Positions 17,125 through 25,425 of a stretch of DNA of 55,161 nt are shown here, one piece after another; the stretch's first letter is position 1, and each line of letters starts with the position of its first letter. Both the position numbers and the translations under genes were made by a program. The DNA comes from Thermoplasmata archaeon (GTDB lineage Archaea; Thermoplasmatota; Thermoplasmata; Lutacidiplasmatales; UBA184). The notes under the pieces are model-generated. The model ran no database searches, was not told the DNA's origin, and worked only from the letters and a program-made list of their open reading frames with translations. Location of the stretch: the NCBI GenBank assembly GCA_021791335.1, contig JAJYWS010000005.1, positions 1 to 55,161 on the forward strand, written 5' to 3'.

Positions 17125-17375
17125 TCGGATCGGGACTGGGGGGGAGGATGCGGCCCAACGCCGCATCCGAATGCCGACGAAGGGTCCCTCCCGACCCGAC
17201 GCGGACGGGTCGTCCGCAGGGGATGAATCGAGGACAACCCCGGTGTCCGACACCCCCGGCCGGGGTCAGACCGCGGAGAGGGCAGAGCCTGCGGTGAGGC
17301 GGACTCGTTACGGCCGGGGAATACCCGGGCGCTAGGGCTCCGGCCCGGAGCCCCAGGGGGGGCCCCGTATCCTGC
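17125..17375. other. Hairpin-rich non-coding spacer (candidate ncRNA or regulatory RNA, identity unknown)
   Basis: No credible ORF is present on either strand. Perfect hairpins lie at 17146-17168 (9 bp), 17201-17217 (7 bp), 17314-17328 (5 bp) and 17335-17353 (7 bp). Confidence 0.2.
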
Positions 17376-17381
17376 TTTATC
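17376..17381 (+). promoter_or_regulatory. TATA-like box (TTTATC) for the MoxR gene
   Basis: It lies 22 nt upstream of ATG 17403. Confidence 0.4.
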
Positions 17382-17402
17382 CACCGGCGGTTTGGGGAGC
17401 CG

Positions 17403-18359
17403 ATGGTCGACGCGGTCGGGCTCAAGGAACGGCTCGAGGAGGTCCGGACGGCGGTGCATACCGCCGTGGTCGGACGGGAGGCGATCGTCGACCAGGTGCT
17501 GCTCGGGTTGCTCTCCGACGGGCACCTCCTGCTCGAGGACCTTCCGGGTCTCGGCAAGACCCTCATCGCCCGGTCGTTTGCCGGGGCGCTCGGCCTCGAG
17601 TTCCAGCGGATCCAGTTCACGGCCGACCTCCTCCCCCACGATCTCACCGGCGGCGAGGTGATGGACCCCCAGAAGGGGGGGTTCACCTTCCGGCCCGGCC
17701 CGCTGTTCACGCAGCTCCTGCTCGCCGACGAGATCAACCGGGCGCCCCCGAAGGTCCAGTCGGCGCTCCTCGAGGCGATGCAGGAGTACCAGATCACGAG
17801 CGAGCGGGAGAGCCGCCCGCTCGCCCGCCCGTTCCTGGTCCTCGCGACCGAGAATCCGCTCGAACTCGAAGGGACCTATCCGCTCCCGGAGGCCCAGGTC
17901 GACCGGTTCCTCCTCCGGCTGAGGGTCGGCTATCCGACGGCCGAGGAGGAACGGGCGATCCTCGCCCGCCGACGGGCCCGTCGGCAGGATACCTGGGAGG
18001 TCGGCCCGGTCCTCGGCCCCGGCGAGTTCCGGCGGCTCCAGGGGGCGGTGGAGGAGGTCGAGCTCGACGCGTCGGTGGAAGGCTACATCGTCGATCTGGT
18101 CCGGGCGACCCGGCAGGATCCGAGGGCCGAGGTCGGCGCCTCACCCCGGGGTTCGCTCGCGCTCCAGAAGGTGGCCCGGGCCCGGGCCCTGCTCGAGGGG
18201 CGCGGCTTCGTGCTGCCGGACGATGTGAAACGGCTCGCCGGCCCGGCGCTGGCCCACCGGATCGTCGTCAAGGCCGAACCGTGGATCCGCGGGATCCGGG
18301 CCGAGGCGATCGTCGACCAGTGCCTCGCCCAGACCCCGGTGCCGAAGGCCCGGAGCTGA
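17403..18359 (+). CDS. MoxR-family AAA+ ATPase
   Basis: Walker A is LEDLPGLGKT and Walker B/sensor is LLADEINRAPPKVQSALLEAMQE. The protein is 318 aa long. Confidence 0.9.
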   Translation: MVDAVGLKERLEEVRTAVHTAVVGREAIVDQVLLGLLSDGHLLLEDLPGLGKTLIARSFAGALGLEFQRIQFTADLLPHDLTGGEVMDPQKGGFTFRPGPLFTQLLLADEINRAPPKVQSALLEAMQEYQITSERESRPLARPFLVLATENPLELEGTYPLPEAQVDRFLLRLRVGYPTAEEERAILARRRARRQDTWEVGPVLGPGEFRRLQGAVEEVELDASVEGYIVDLVRATRQDPRAEVGASPRGSLALQKVARARALLEGRGFVLPDDVKRLAGPALAHRIVVKAEPWIRGIRAEAIVDQCLAQTPVPKARS

Positions 18360-18402
18360 GGGGCCGGGGCCGCCCGGCCGGACCGTTGGGCCGCCCGAAG
18401 CG

Positions 18403-18408
18403 TTTAGA
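18403..18408 (+). promoter_or_regulatory. TATA-like box (TTTAGA)
   Basis: It lies 25 nt upstream of ATG 18433. Confidence 0.4.
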
Positions 18409-18432
18409 GCGAAGGGGGGCTCGACCCTGCAT

Positions 18433-19383
18433 ATGACCGCCCTCCCCTCGATCGTCATCGCCGATCCGATCGACCCCGCCGCCGTCGAGCTGCTCCGGCA
18501 GGGGCCCTGCCGCGTCGTCGACGCCTCGGCCGGACCCGACGCGCTCGCCGATGCGCTGTCGGAGGCCTGGGGCCTCGTCGTCCGCAGCCGGACCAAGGTG
18601 ACCGCCGATTTGATCGCCCGGGCCCCGAAGCTCTCGATCATCGCCCGGGCGGGGGTCGGGGTCGACAACGTCGATCTTCCGGCGGCCGGGGCCCGGGGGA
18701 TCCGCGTCGTCAACGCGCCCGGGGCGGCGACCCAGAGCGTGGTCGAACTTTCGGTCGCGCTCTACATTCTGCTCATCCGCGGCCTCCAGGGCTCGATCGA
18801 CTCGACCCGGGGCGGCCGGTGGGACCGCTCGACCCACGGACGGGAGCTTGCGGGCAAGACGGTGGGCTTCGTGGGGTACGGGCGGATCGCCCGGGCGGTC
18901 GCGGCCGCGCTGGTCCCCTTCCGCATCGTCCCCCGGGCCTACGACCCGCTGCTGTCGAAGGCCCCCGATTCGACAACGCTGATGGGGCTCGACGAGGTGC
19001 TTTCGGGCAGCGACATCGTGAGCGTCCACGCCGCCCTGACGCCGGAGAACCGTCATCTCATCGATGCCGCCGCGATCGCGAAGATGCGCCGGGGCAGCTA
19101 CCTGGTCAACGTCGCCCGCGGCGCGCTGGTCGACGAGACCGCGCTGCTCCACGCCCTCGACTCCGGCCACCTGGGCGGCGCCGCCCTGGACGTCTTCGAG
19201 ACCGAGCCGCCCTCCCGGACCGAGCTGCTCCGGCACCCCCGCTTCATCCCCACCCCGCACATCGGCGCGGCGACCGTCGAGGGGCAGGCGCGGGCCGGCC
19301 GGGATGTGGTCGATGAGCTTTTGCGGGCGCTCCGCGGTGAGCCGCTGATGTCGCAGGTGCCTACGCCGGGAGCCCGCCCATGA
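18433..19383 (+). CDS. serA: D-3-phosphoglycerate dehydrogenase / D-2-hydroxyacid dehydrogenase
   Basis: Motifs are GFVGYGRIARAV, NVARGALVDE, LDVFETEP and TPHIGA. Confidence 0.8.
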   Translation: MTALPSIVIADPIDPAAVELLRQGPCRVVDASAGPDALADALSEAWGLVVRSRTKVTADLIARAPKLSIIARAGVGVDNVDLPAAGARGIRVVNAPGAATQSVVELSVALYILLIRGLQGSIDSTRGGRWDRSTHGRELAGKTVGFVGYGRIARAVAAALVPFRIVPRAYDPLLSKAPDSTTLMGLDEVLSGSDIVSVHAALTPENRHLIDAAAIAKMRRGSYLVNVARGALVDETALLHALDSGHLGGAALDVFETEPPSRTELLRHPRFIPTPHIGAATVEGQARAGRDVVDELLRALRGEPLMSQVPTPGARP

Positions 19384-20516
19384 CGTTCGACCCCGAGACC
19401 GCGACCTTTCTCATCGCCGGTCCGGTCCGGATCCATCCCCGGATCCTCCGGGTCATGTCGATGCCGTCCCTCAACCACCGGGGCGACTATTTCCACGGGG
19501 TGGTCCAGGAGATCAAGGAGCTTTTGCCCGTGCTCTTCGGGACCCGGGGCGCCCAGGTGGTCCTCACCGGCAGCGGGACCGCCGGCCTCGAGGCGATGTA
19601 TTCGAGCCTCGTCCCGCGCCAGGGCCGGGTGCTGGTCCTCTCCAACGGGAACTTCGGGGAGCGGACCCAGGAGATCGTCCGGCGGTTCGCCGCCGAGGTG
19701 ACGGTCGTCTCCGCGCCGTGGGGCCAGCGCTGGTCGGTCGACGCCGCCCGGGCCGAGCTCGAGAAGGGGGATGTCGTCGCCGTCTGCGCCGTCCACAACG
19801 AGACCAGCGCCGGGGTCGCGAACGACCTGGGCGCCCTGGCCCCCGCGGTCCGGCGCTCCGGCGCGCTCTTCCTGGTCGACGGGATCAGCTCGCTCGCCGG
19901 CCTTCCGCTGCCGATCGAGGCGTGGGGGATCGACGCGGTCGTCGCCGGGAGCCAGAAGGGGCTCGGCGCTCCGGCGGGCCTCTCGATGGTCCACCTCTCG
20001 GAGCGGGCGGTCGCCGCCCTGCACCCCGGATCGTACTACCTCGACCTGGGCGCCCACCTGAAGTCGCTGCGGGACAACGACACCCCGTGGACTCCGGCGG
20101 TGCCGCTCTTCCTCGCCTTGCGGGAGGCCCTGCAGTTGCTCCGGGAAGAGGGTCTCGAGGCCCGACTCGAACGGACCCACCGGCTGGCCGAAGCGAGCCG
20201 GGCGGCCGCCGAGGCGCTGGGGCTCAAGCTCCTGCCCTCACCGGCCCAGGCCTCCGACACCGTCACCGCGCTCCACAACCCCGAGGGATTCACCGACGCG
20301 ACCTTCCGCAAGCTCCTCGAGCGGGAGTACAACGTGCTCCTCCAGGGCGGGCAGGGCAGCCTCAAGGGCAAGATCTTCCGGATCGGCCACATGGGCTTCG
20401 CCGACTGGCCGGACCTGCTCGTCACCTTTGCGGCGATGGAGCGGATCCTGACCAAGGCCGGCCGGGCGCCGGCCCGGGGATCGGCGCTGTCGGCGATCGT
20501 CGACCGGATGCCCTGA
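19380..20516 (+). CDS. Class V aminotransferase (phosphoserine / serine-glyoxylate type)
   Basis: It is ATGA-coupled to serA. A PLP-Lys region is present (..VAGSQKGLGAPAG..). The protein is 378 aa long. Confidence 0.8.
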   Translation: MTFDPETATFLIAGPVRIHPRILRVMSMPSLNHRGDYFHGVVQEIKELLPVLFGTRGAQVVLTGSGTAGLEAMYSSLVPRQGRVLVLSNGNFGERTQEIVRRFAAEVTVVSAPWGQRWSVDAARAELEKGDVVAVCAVHNETSAGVANDLGALAPAVRRSGALFLVDGISSLAGLPLPIEAWGIDAVVAGSQKGLGAPAGLSMVHLSERAVAALHPGSYYLDLGAHLKSLRDNDTPWTPAVPLFLALREALQLLREEGLEARLERTHRLAEASRAAAEALGLKLLPSPAQASDTVTALHNPEGFTDATFRKLLEREYNVLLQGGQGSLKGKIFRIGHMGFADWPDLLVTFAAMERILTKAGRAPARGSALSAIVDRMP

Positions 20517-20531
20517 GCCGGTCGATCGCCC

Positions 20532-20975
20532 TCAGATATCGACGATCACCCGGGCGCGTCCGCGCGCGGGGTCGAATTCGAGCCGGTGGAAGGTGATCGC
20601 CTTCACCTCCACCTTGGCCGGGTGCCGGGCCGGGTCGAACGGTTCCCCGAAGAGCCGGGCGTCGACCGACGGGGGCGGTCCCGGGGCGAAGGTGAGCTCG
20701 ATCCGGCGGGCGAGGAACCCCTCGACCTGCTGGCAAACCAGGAGCTCGCCGAGGAATCCGACCACGAGCCCGGGCAGGTCGGCCGCCTCGGCCCGGACGC
20801 ATCGCTCCTCCCGGTCCCGGACCGTCCGCCGGTCGGTGATGAGCGCGTAGAGGCCGAGCCCGAGCCCCTCGAGCAGCACCTCCGGGCGCCGTCCCCGGGC
20901 CCAGATCCCCACATCGGCGGTCGTCGGGAACTGGCCGTAGCGCCGTCGACGTAGCGGTCGAGCGCCGGGCGGCAT
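20532..20975 (-). CDS. Archease
   Basis: Motifs are ..YGQFPTTADVGIWARG.. and a C-terminal ..VKAITFHRLEF... The protein is 147 aa long. Confidence 0.75.
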   Translation of the reverse strand: MPPGARPLRRRRYGQFPTTADVGIWARGRRPEVLLEGLGLGLYALITDRRTVRDREERCVRAEAADLPGLVVGFLGELLVCQQVEGFLARRIELTFAPGPPPSVDARLFGEPFDPARHPAKVEVKAITFHRLEFDPARGRARVIVDI

Positions 20976-20995
20976 GCCGGTCCAGGCCGACGGAG

Positions 20996-21001
20996 CTTAA
21001 G
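20996..21001. promoter_or_regulatory. Palindromic TATA-like element CTTAAG shared by divergent archease and GT2 genes
   Basis: It lies 21 nt from archease ATG 20975 and 27 nt from GT2 ATG 21028. Confidence 0.4.
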
Positions 21002-21027
21002 GAGAAGTGGGAGCTTCCAACCCACTC

Positions 21028-21816
21028 ATGCGGGCGACCCTCGTCGTGCCGACGCTCAACGAGGCCGAGTCGATCGGCCCCGTCCTGCGAAGCTTCCGCA
21101 CGGCCGCCGTCGAGGCGAACCGGGGGATCTGGGCCTCCGACCCGATCGACTGGGAGATCCTGGTCGTCGACGGGGCGTCGACCGACGGGACCGGCGACCG
21201 TGCCCGGGCCGAGGGGGCCCGGGTGATCGTCGAGCGCCAAAAGGGGTATGGCCGGGCCTACCAGACCGGCTTTGCCGCCGCCCGCGGCGACTACATCGCC
21301 ACGTCGGACGGGGACGCCACCTACCCGGTCGAGACGATTCCGGCCCTCCTGCGCCGGCTGGTCGACGAGCGGTACGACTTCCTCAGCGGCAACCGGCTCG
21401 CCTACCTCGACCGGCGGGCGATGACGACCGAGCACCGGATCGGGAACCGGATGCTGAACCTCTTTCTCCACGTCGCCTACCACCACTACCTGGCCGCGGC
21501 CGAGGGCGGCCGGCTCGAGGACAGCCAGAGCGGCTTCTGGATCTTCCGGCGGTCGATCCTCGAGCAGATCCACCCCCGGGAGGACGGCATGGCGTTCAGC
21601 GAGGAGCTCAAGATCGAGGTCCTGCTCCAAGGGCTCCGGTTCGTCGAGGTGCCGATCCGCTACGGCGAGCGCTGGGGCCGGCCGAAGCTCTCGAGCTGGC
21701 GGGACGGCTTCGGCAACATGCTCTTCCTCTACCGCAAGCGGATCGCCATCGCCCAGGCCGAGCGGGAGCGCCGGCTCGCCCATGCGGCCGACACCGGCCG
21801 GACCCGGCCGGGATAG
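21028..21816 (+). CDS. Family 2 glycosyltransferase (dolichyl-phosphate sugar synthase-like)
   Basis: Motifs are LVVPTLNEAESI, LVVDGASTDGT and SDGDATYP. I chose ATG 21028 from TATA spacing; GTG 21007 is the alternative. Confidence 0.8.
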   Translation: MRATLVVPTLNEAESIGPVLRSFRTAAVEANRGIWASDPIDWEILVVDGASTDGTGDRARAEGARVIVERQKGYGRAYQTGFAAARGDYIATSDGDATYPVETIPALLRRLVDERYDFLSGNRLAYLDRRAMTTEHRIGNRMLNLFLHVAYHHYLAAAEGGRLEDSQSGFWIFRRSILEQIHPREDGMAFSEELKIEVLLQGLRFVEVPIRYGERWGRPKLSSWRDGFGNMLFLYRKRIAIAQAERERRLAHAADTGRTRPG

Positions 21817-21926
21817 TCCCCGCGGTCGGCGCCGACGCCGGAGGGCCGATCCCGGTCGGGGACGCCCCGACCTGTCCCGAACGCAACGGCTATGCGCCCC
21901 CCCGGCGTTCTTCCGGTCGGAGGGCC

Positions 21927-24422
21927 GTGCAGGTCACCCGACTCACCCTCGTCTGCGTAGGGGTCTTGGTGCTGGTGCTCGCCGCCCTGCCGCTCCCGGC
22001 CCCCGGCCCGATCACGTCGGGGGGGCTTGCGGTCCCGGCCCCGGGGAGGGCCCCCTCGGTCCCGACCGGATCGGGTTGGTCCCCGGCCAGCCATCGGCCG
22101 TCGCCGGGGATCGGCCCCTACCACCTCACGACCCGGCCCCGGCAGGGCTCCTCCTGTGCGCTGACCAGCGGCCCGGGGTGGCTCGCCTACGATTCGGCCG
22201 ACCAGTCCCTCTGGGTGGCCACCCCGCCGGACTGCGTGGACATCATCTCGAACGGTCTCTCCAACGTGAGCCAGGTGGCCGTAGGTTCCGACCCGTTCGG
22301 TGTCGCCGTCGACGCGGCGGCCCATGAGGTCTTCGTCACCAACACCGGCTCCGACAACGTCACGGTCCTGAACGACACCTCGCAAGCCACCGTGGCCTCC
22401 ATCCCCGTCGGGTCGAGCCCGCTCGGGATCGCCTACGACAATGCCACCGACCAACTCTATGTGGCCGACTCCGGAGCCTCCGAACTCTCGGTCATCTCGG
22501 TGGCGAAGCTCGGGGTGGTGGCCAACATCTCGGTGGGCCTCGATCCCACCGGCGTGGCCGTCGATCCCGGCACGGGCCGGGTCTTCGTGGCGAACAACGG
22601 CTCGGGCAACGTGAGCGTGATCAACGCCACCTCCCACGCGGTGGTCGCCTCGCTCCCCGCGGGCACCGGACCGGTCGGCGTGGCCATCGCCGAACCTTCG
22701 GGGCTCGCCTTCGTCTCCAACTTTGGCTCGAGCAACGTCACGGTCATCAACGCCACCCCCGCGCGCGTGGTCGCCACGATTCCGATCGTCGGTCCCGGGA
22801 TCCAACCCCAGGGCATGGCCTTCGACCCCGGCTCGGATCAGGTGTGGATCGGGGCGGGCTACTTCTATGCGGTCGTGCTCAACGTCACGTCCCTGAGCGT
22901 CGGGGGGTATGTGGCCACCGACCCGTCGGGGGTGGCGTATGATTCCACCAACGGGGAGGTCTGCGGGACCAACACCGGGAACATGAGCCTCTTCTGCGTG
23001 ACCTCCGCGACGTCGCCGTCGACCCTCCAGTTCACCGCAACCGGCCTGCCCGCCGGAACCCCCTGGACCGTGACCCTGGCGAACGGATCGGCCCGGTCCA
23101 ACGCCTCCCAGATCGACTTCGGGGTGGTGCCCGGGCTGTTCGGCTACGGTTCGGTCTCGACCTCCTTCGAGGTGACGACCCCCGGTCCCTACTTCGCGAC
23201 GCCGGCCGGCGGGACCGTATCGATCTCGCCGCAGCAGTCGTCGGTCGAGGTCAATGTGACCTTCAGCTCGACCGCCGGGTACTATCCGGTCACGTTCACG
23301 GAGTCGGGCCTTCCGGGGGGGACGGATTGGGGCGTGACGCTCAACGGCTCGGTCCAGCACACGCCCACCGCAAGCCTGAGCTTCTACGAGCGGAATGCGA
23401 CGGGGCTGGCCTTCCAGGTGCTCGCTCCCCCCGGCGACCGGGCCGCCCCCTCCCGCGGTGCGGTGACCGTGGATGGCGGACCGGTCGCGGTCTCGATCAA
23501 CTTCTCGCTCCCGACCTACCCCCTCGAGTTCCGCGCCGGCGGCTTCCCGTCGAACTCGACCTCCTGGTATGTCTGGGTCAACAACGATCTCGTCTCCTTC
23601 GAGGGCCCCGTCGGGGAGCTCTTCGTCCCGAACGGAACCTACAACTTCTCGGTGCTGAGGGCGGGGCCGTATGTGCCGGATCCGAGCTCCGGTACGGTGG
23701 GGGTATCGGGAGGGGGCGTCGTCGTGCCCATCGAATTTGCGCTCGCGGGGCCCCCGGAGTATCCGGTCACCTTCGTCGAGTCCGGCCTCCCCAATTCGAC
23801 CCTTTGGGGCATCGAGCTCGGGACGGGGCTCTTCACGACCCTCCAGGGGTCGCTCCAGATCGCCTTGGCCAACGGCACCGACTCCTATACGGTCGTGCCG
23901 ATCCTGAACTTCACCTCCTCGCCCACCCAGGGCACCCTGACGGTCGACGGCGGACCAAAGTCCCTGGCGGTCCGCTTCACCCCGACCCCGTCCGCGGCCC
24001 TCAGCGTGGCGATCCAGCAGATGCCGGTCTCCACGAGCTGCCTCGCCGGCGAGTGGGTCTGGAGTTTCGCCCTATCCGCCCAGGCGTCCGGGGGGGCGGC
24101 TCCGTACGAATTCAACTGGTCCCTCCCGACCGGAACCGCCGATGGGCCGCTCGCCGTGACCACCCTTGAGGCCGGCGCCTCCACGGCTCCGGGGTCCGCC
24201 CTGCCCTCGGCGACCGTCCGGGTCACGGTGGTGGATGCGAACGGGCACTCGACCATGGATCAGGTGCTCGTCGCCGCCGGGGCCCCGCCGATCTGCCCCT
24301 CGACGTCGTCGATTTCGGGGGGCACTCCGGTCTGGGTCTGGACCGCGATGGTCGCCGCGGTGGGCGTGGCCCTCGGCACCAGTCTTGCGGCGGTCTGGAT
24401 CGCCCGGCGACGGAGTCGGTGA
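21927..24422 (+). CDS. Large surface protein: signal peptide, YVTN-type beta-propeller repeats, four GLPxGTxW modules, C-terminal TM anchor
   Basis: The N-terminus is hydrophobic. Repeated ..V(A/T)N.GS.NV(S/T)VI(N).. blades occur. The module motif repeats four times (ATGLPAGTPWTVTL, ESGLPGGTDWGVTL, AGGFPSNSTSWYVWV, ESGLPNSTLWGIEL). The C-terminus is VWVWTAMVAAVGVALGTSLAAVWIARRRSR. There are many N-x-S/T sequons. Confidence 0.75.
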   Translation: MQVTRLTLVCVGVLVLVLAALPLPAPGPITSGGLAVPAPGRAPSVPTGSGWSPASHRPSPGIGPYHLTTRPRQGSSCALTSGPGWLAYDSADQSLWVATPPDCVDIISNGLSNVSQVAVGSDPFGVAVDAAAHEVFVTNTGSDNVTVLNDTSQATVASIPVGSSPLGIAYDNATDQLYVADSGASELSVISVAKLGVVANISVGLDPTGVAVDPGTGRVFVANNGSGNVSVINATSHAVVASLPAGTGPVGVAIAEPSGLAFVSNFGSSNVTVINATPARVVATIPIVGPGIQPQGMAFDPGSDQVWIGAGYFYAVVLNVTSLSVGGYVATDPSGVAYDSTNGEVCGTNTGNMSLFCVTSATSPSTLQFTATGLPAGTPWTVTLANGSARSNASQIDFGVVPGLFGYGSVSTSFEVTTPGPYFATPAGGTVSISPQQSSVEVNVTFSSTAGYYPVTFTESGLPGGTDWGVTLNGSVQHTPTASLSFYERNATGLAFQVLAPPGDRAAPSRGAVTVDGGPVAVSINFSLPTYPLEFRAGGFPSNSTSWYVWVNNDLVSFEGPVGELFVPNGTYNFSVLRAGPYVPDPSSGTVGVSGGGVVVPIEFALAGPPEYPVTFVESGLPNSTLWGIELGTGLFTTLQGSLQIALANGTDSYTVVPILNFTSSPTQGTLTVDGGPKSLAVRFTPTPSAALSVAIQQMPVSTSCLAGEWVWSFALSAQASGGAAPYEFNWSLPTGTADGPLAVTTLEAGASTAPGSALPSATVRVTVVDANGHSTMDQVLVAAGAPPICPSTSSISGGTPVWVWTAMVAAVGVALGTSLAAVWIARRRSR

Positions 24423-24561
24423 GACCCGGACCGCCGGCCCATCCCCTCGGAAGGGCCGATCGCCCGCGGTCGCATCGGGGATCGGGCCTAAGCGGTCCGC
24501 TCCGGTATTCCCCCGGGGGGTCGAGGAGAGGGCGACCTTCGTCCGGAAGGGTGCCGGATCT

Positions 24562-24714
24562 CTACTGGGTCTTGCCGGAGCGTTCCTTCGACTTGACCCG
24601 GAGGCCGTGGTAGCCGCACTTGCGGCACTGCACCGCCCTCGGCGAGTTGCGGGCCGAGCAGTTCATGCAGATCTTCTTGTTGAGCAGCCGCTCAACGGCC
24701 TCGGGAAACGGCAT
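24562..24714 (-). CDS. rpl40e: 50S ribosomal protein L40e
   Basis: This gene is not in the ORF track (50 aa). My manual translation gives [50 protein letters not shown], with the CxxC...CxxC zinc ribbon typical of L40e. Confidence 0.85.
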   Translation of the reverse strand: MPFPEAVERLLNKKICMNCSARNSPRAVQCRKCGYHGLRVKSKERSGKTQ

Positions 24715-24742
24715 GGACGCGCGGCGTGCGACTTCGGCCCCC

Positions 24743-24748
24743 TATAAA
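24743..24748 (-). promoter_or_regulatory. TATA box (TTTATA on the minus strand) for rpl40e
   Basis: It lies 29 nt upstream of ATG 24714. Confidence 0.45.
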
Positions 24749-24804
24749 GCGTGTTCCCGCCCGGCCGGAGAAGCCGCTTTGCGCTCGCGCGGCCTCAGCG
24801 GCCC

Positions 24805-25425
24805 ATGCCCGACCCCGATGCCCTTGGCCCGGAGGCGGTCCACCGGGCCCGGGAGGCGATCCGGGAGGCGCTCGGGTTCACCCGGGGCCGCCCGCTCGAC
24901 CGGGGCCTGCCGGCGACCTGGCAGGAGCCCCGGGGGGTGTTCGTCACCCTGCGGCGCTACCCGTCGGCCGAGCTGCGGGGCTGCATCGGGTTCCCCCGCC
25001 CCACGCGGCCGCTGATCGAGGCCCTTAGGGAGGCGGCCGTCGCCGCGGCGCTCGACGATCCCCGGTTCCCCCCGATCCGTCCCCACGAACTCGGCCGGCT
25101 GACCGTCGAGGTGTCGATCCTGACCGTTCCGGAACCGATCACCGGCCCCACGCCCGAGGCGCGGCTCGCCCAGGTCCGGGTGGGCGTGGACGGCCTCATC
25201 CTCGAGCGGGAGCACCGGTCGGGCCTGCTCCTTCCCCAGGTGGCCGTCGAGCAGCGCTGGAGCCCGGAGGCGTTCCTCAGGGGCGTCTCGGAGAAGGCGG
25301 GATTCGCCCCCACCGCCTGGGCCGACCCCGAAACGAGGCTCTACCGATTCCAGGCGCAGGTCGCCTCCGAGCGCTCCCCCGAAGGGGAGGTCACGGTCGC
25401 CGCTCGGGCGCCGGCCCGACCTTGA
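24805..25425 (+). CDS. AMMECR1 domain protein
   Basis: The motif ..GVFVTLRRYPSAELRGCIGFP.. is present. The start is ATG 24805 inside ORF 24751..25425. Confidence 0.8.
   Translation: MPDPDALGPEAVHRAREAIREALGFTRGRPLDRGLPATWQEPRGVFVTLRRYPSAELRGCIGFPRPTRPLIEALREAAVAAALDDPRFPPIRPHELGRLTVEVSILTVPEPITGPTPEARLAQVRVGVDGLILEREHRSGLLLPQVAVEQRWSPEAFLRGVSEKAGFAPTAWADPETRLYRFQAQVASERSPEGEVTVAARAPARP

Noticed and set aside
17125-17375. Possibility that the structured spacer is SRP (7S) RNA, RNase P RNA or a C/D box sRNA
   Set aside because: I found no helix-8 GGAA/AGCA-type SRP motif on either strand. The closest match is GGUCAGACCGCGGAGAGGGCAGAGCC, and it does not fold appropriately. I found no RNase P CR-I/CR-V (GGAAAGUCC / ACAGAA..GGCUUA) elements and no RUGAUGA...CUGA box pair. 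I kept it only as an unidentified candidate.
24751-24804. GTG 24751 as the AMMECR1 start
   Set aside because: It lies 3 nt after the TATAAA box, so it would be upstream of any transcript initiated there. The encoded extension (FPPGRRSRFALARPQRP) is not AMMECR1-like. I prefer ATG 24805.
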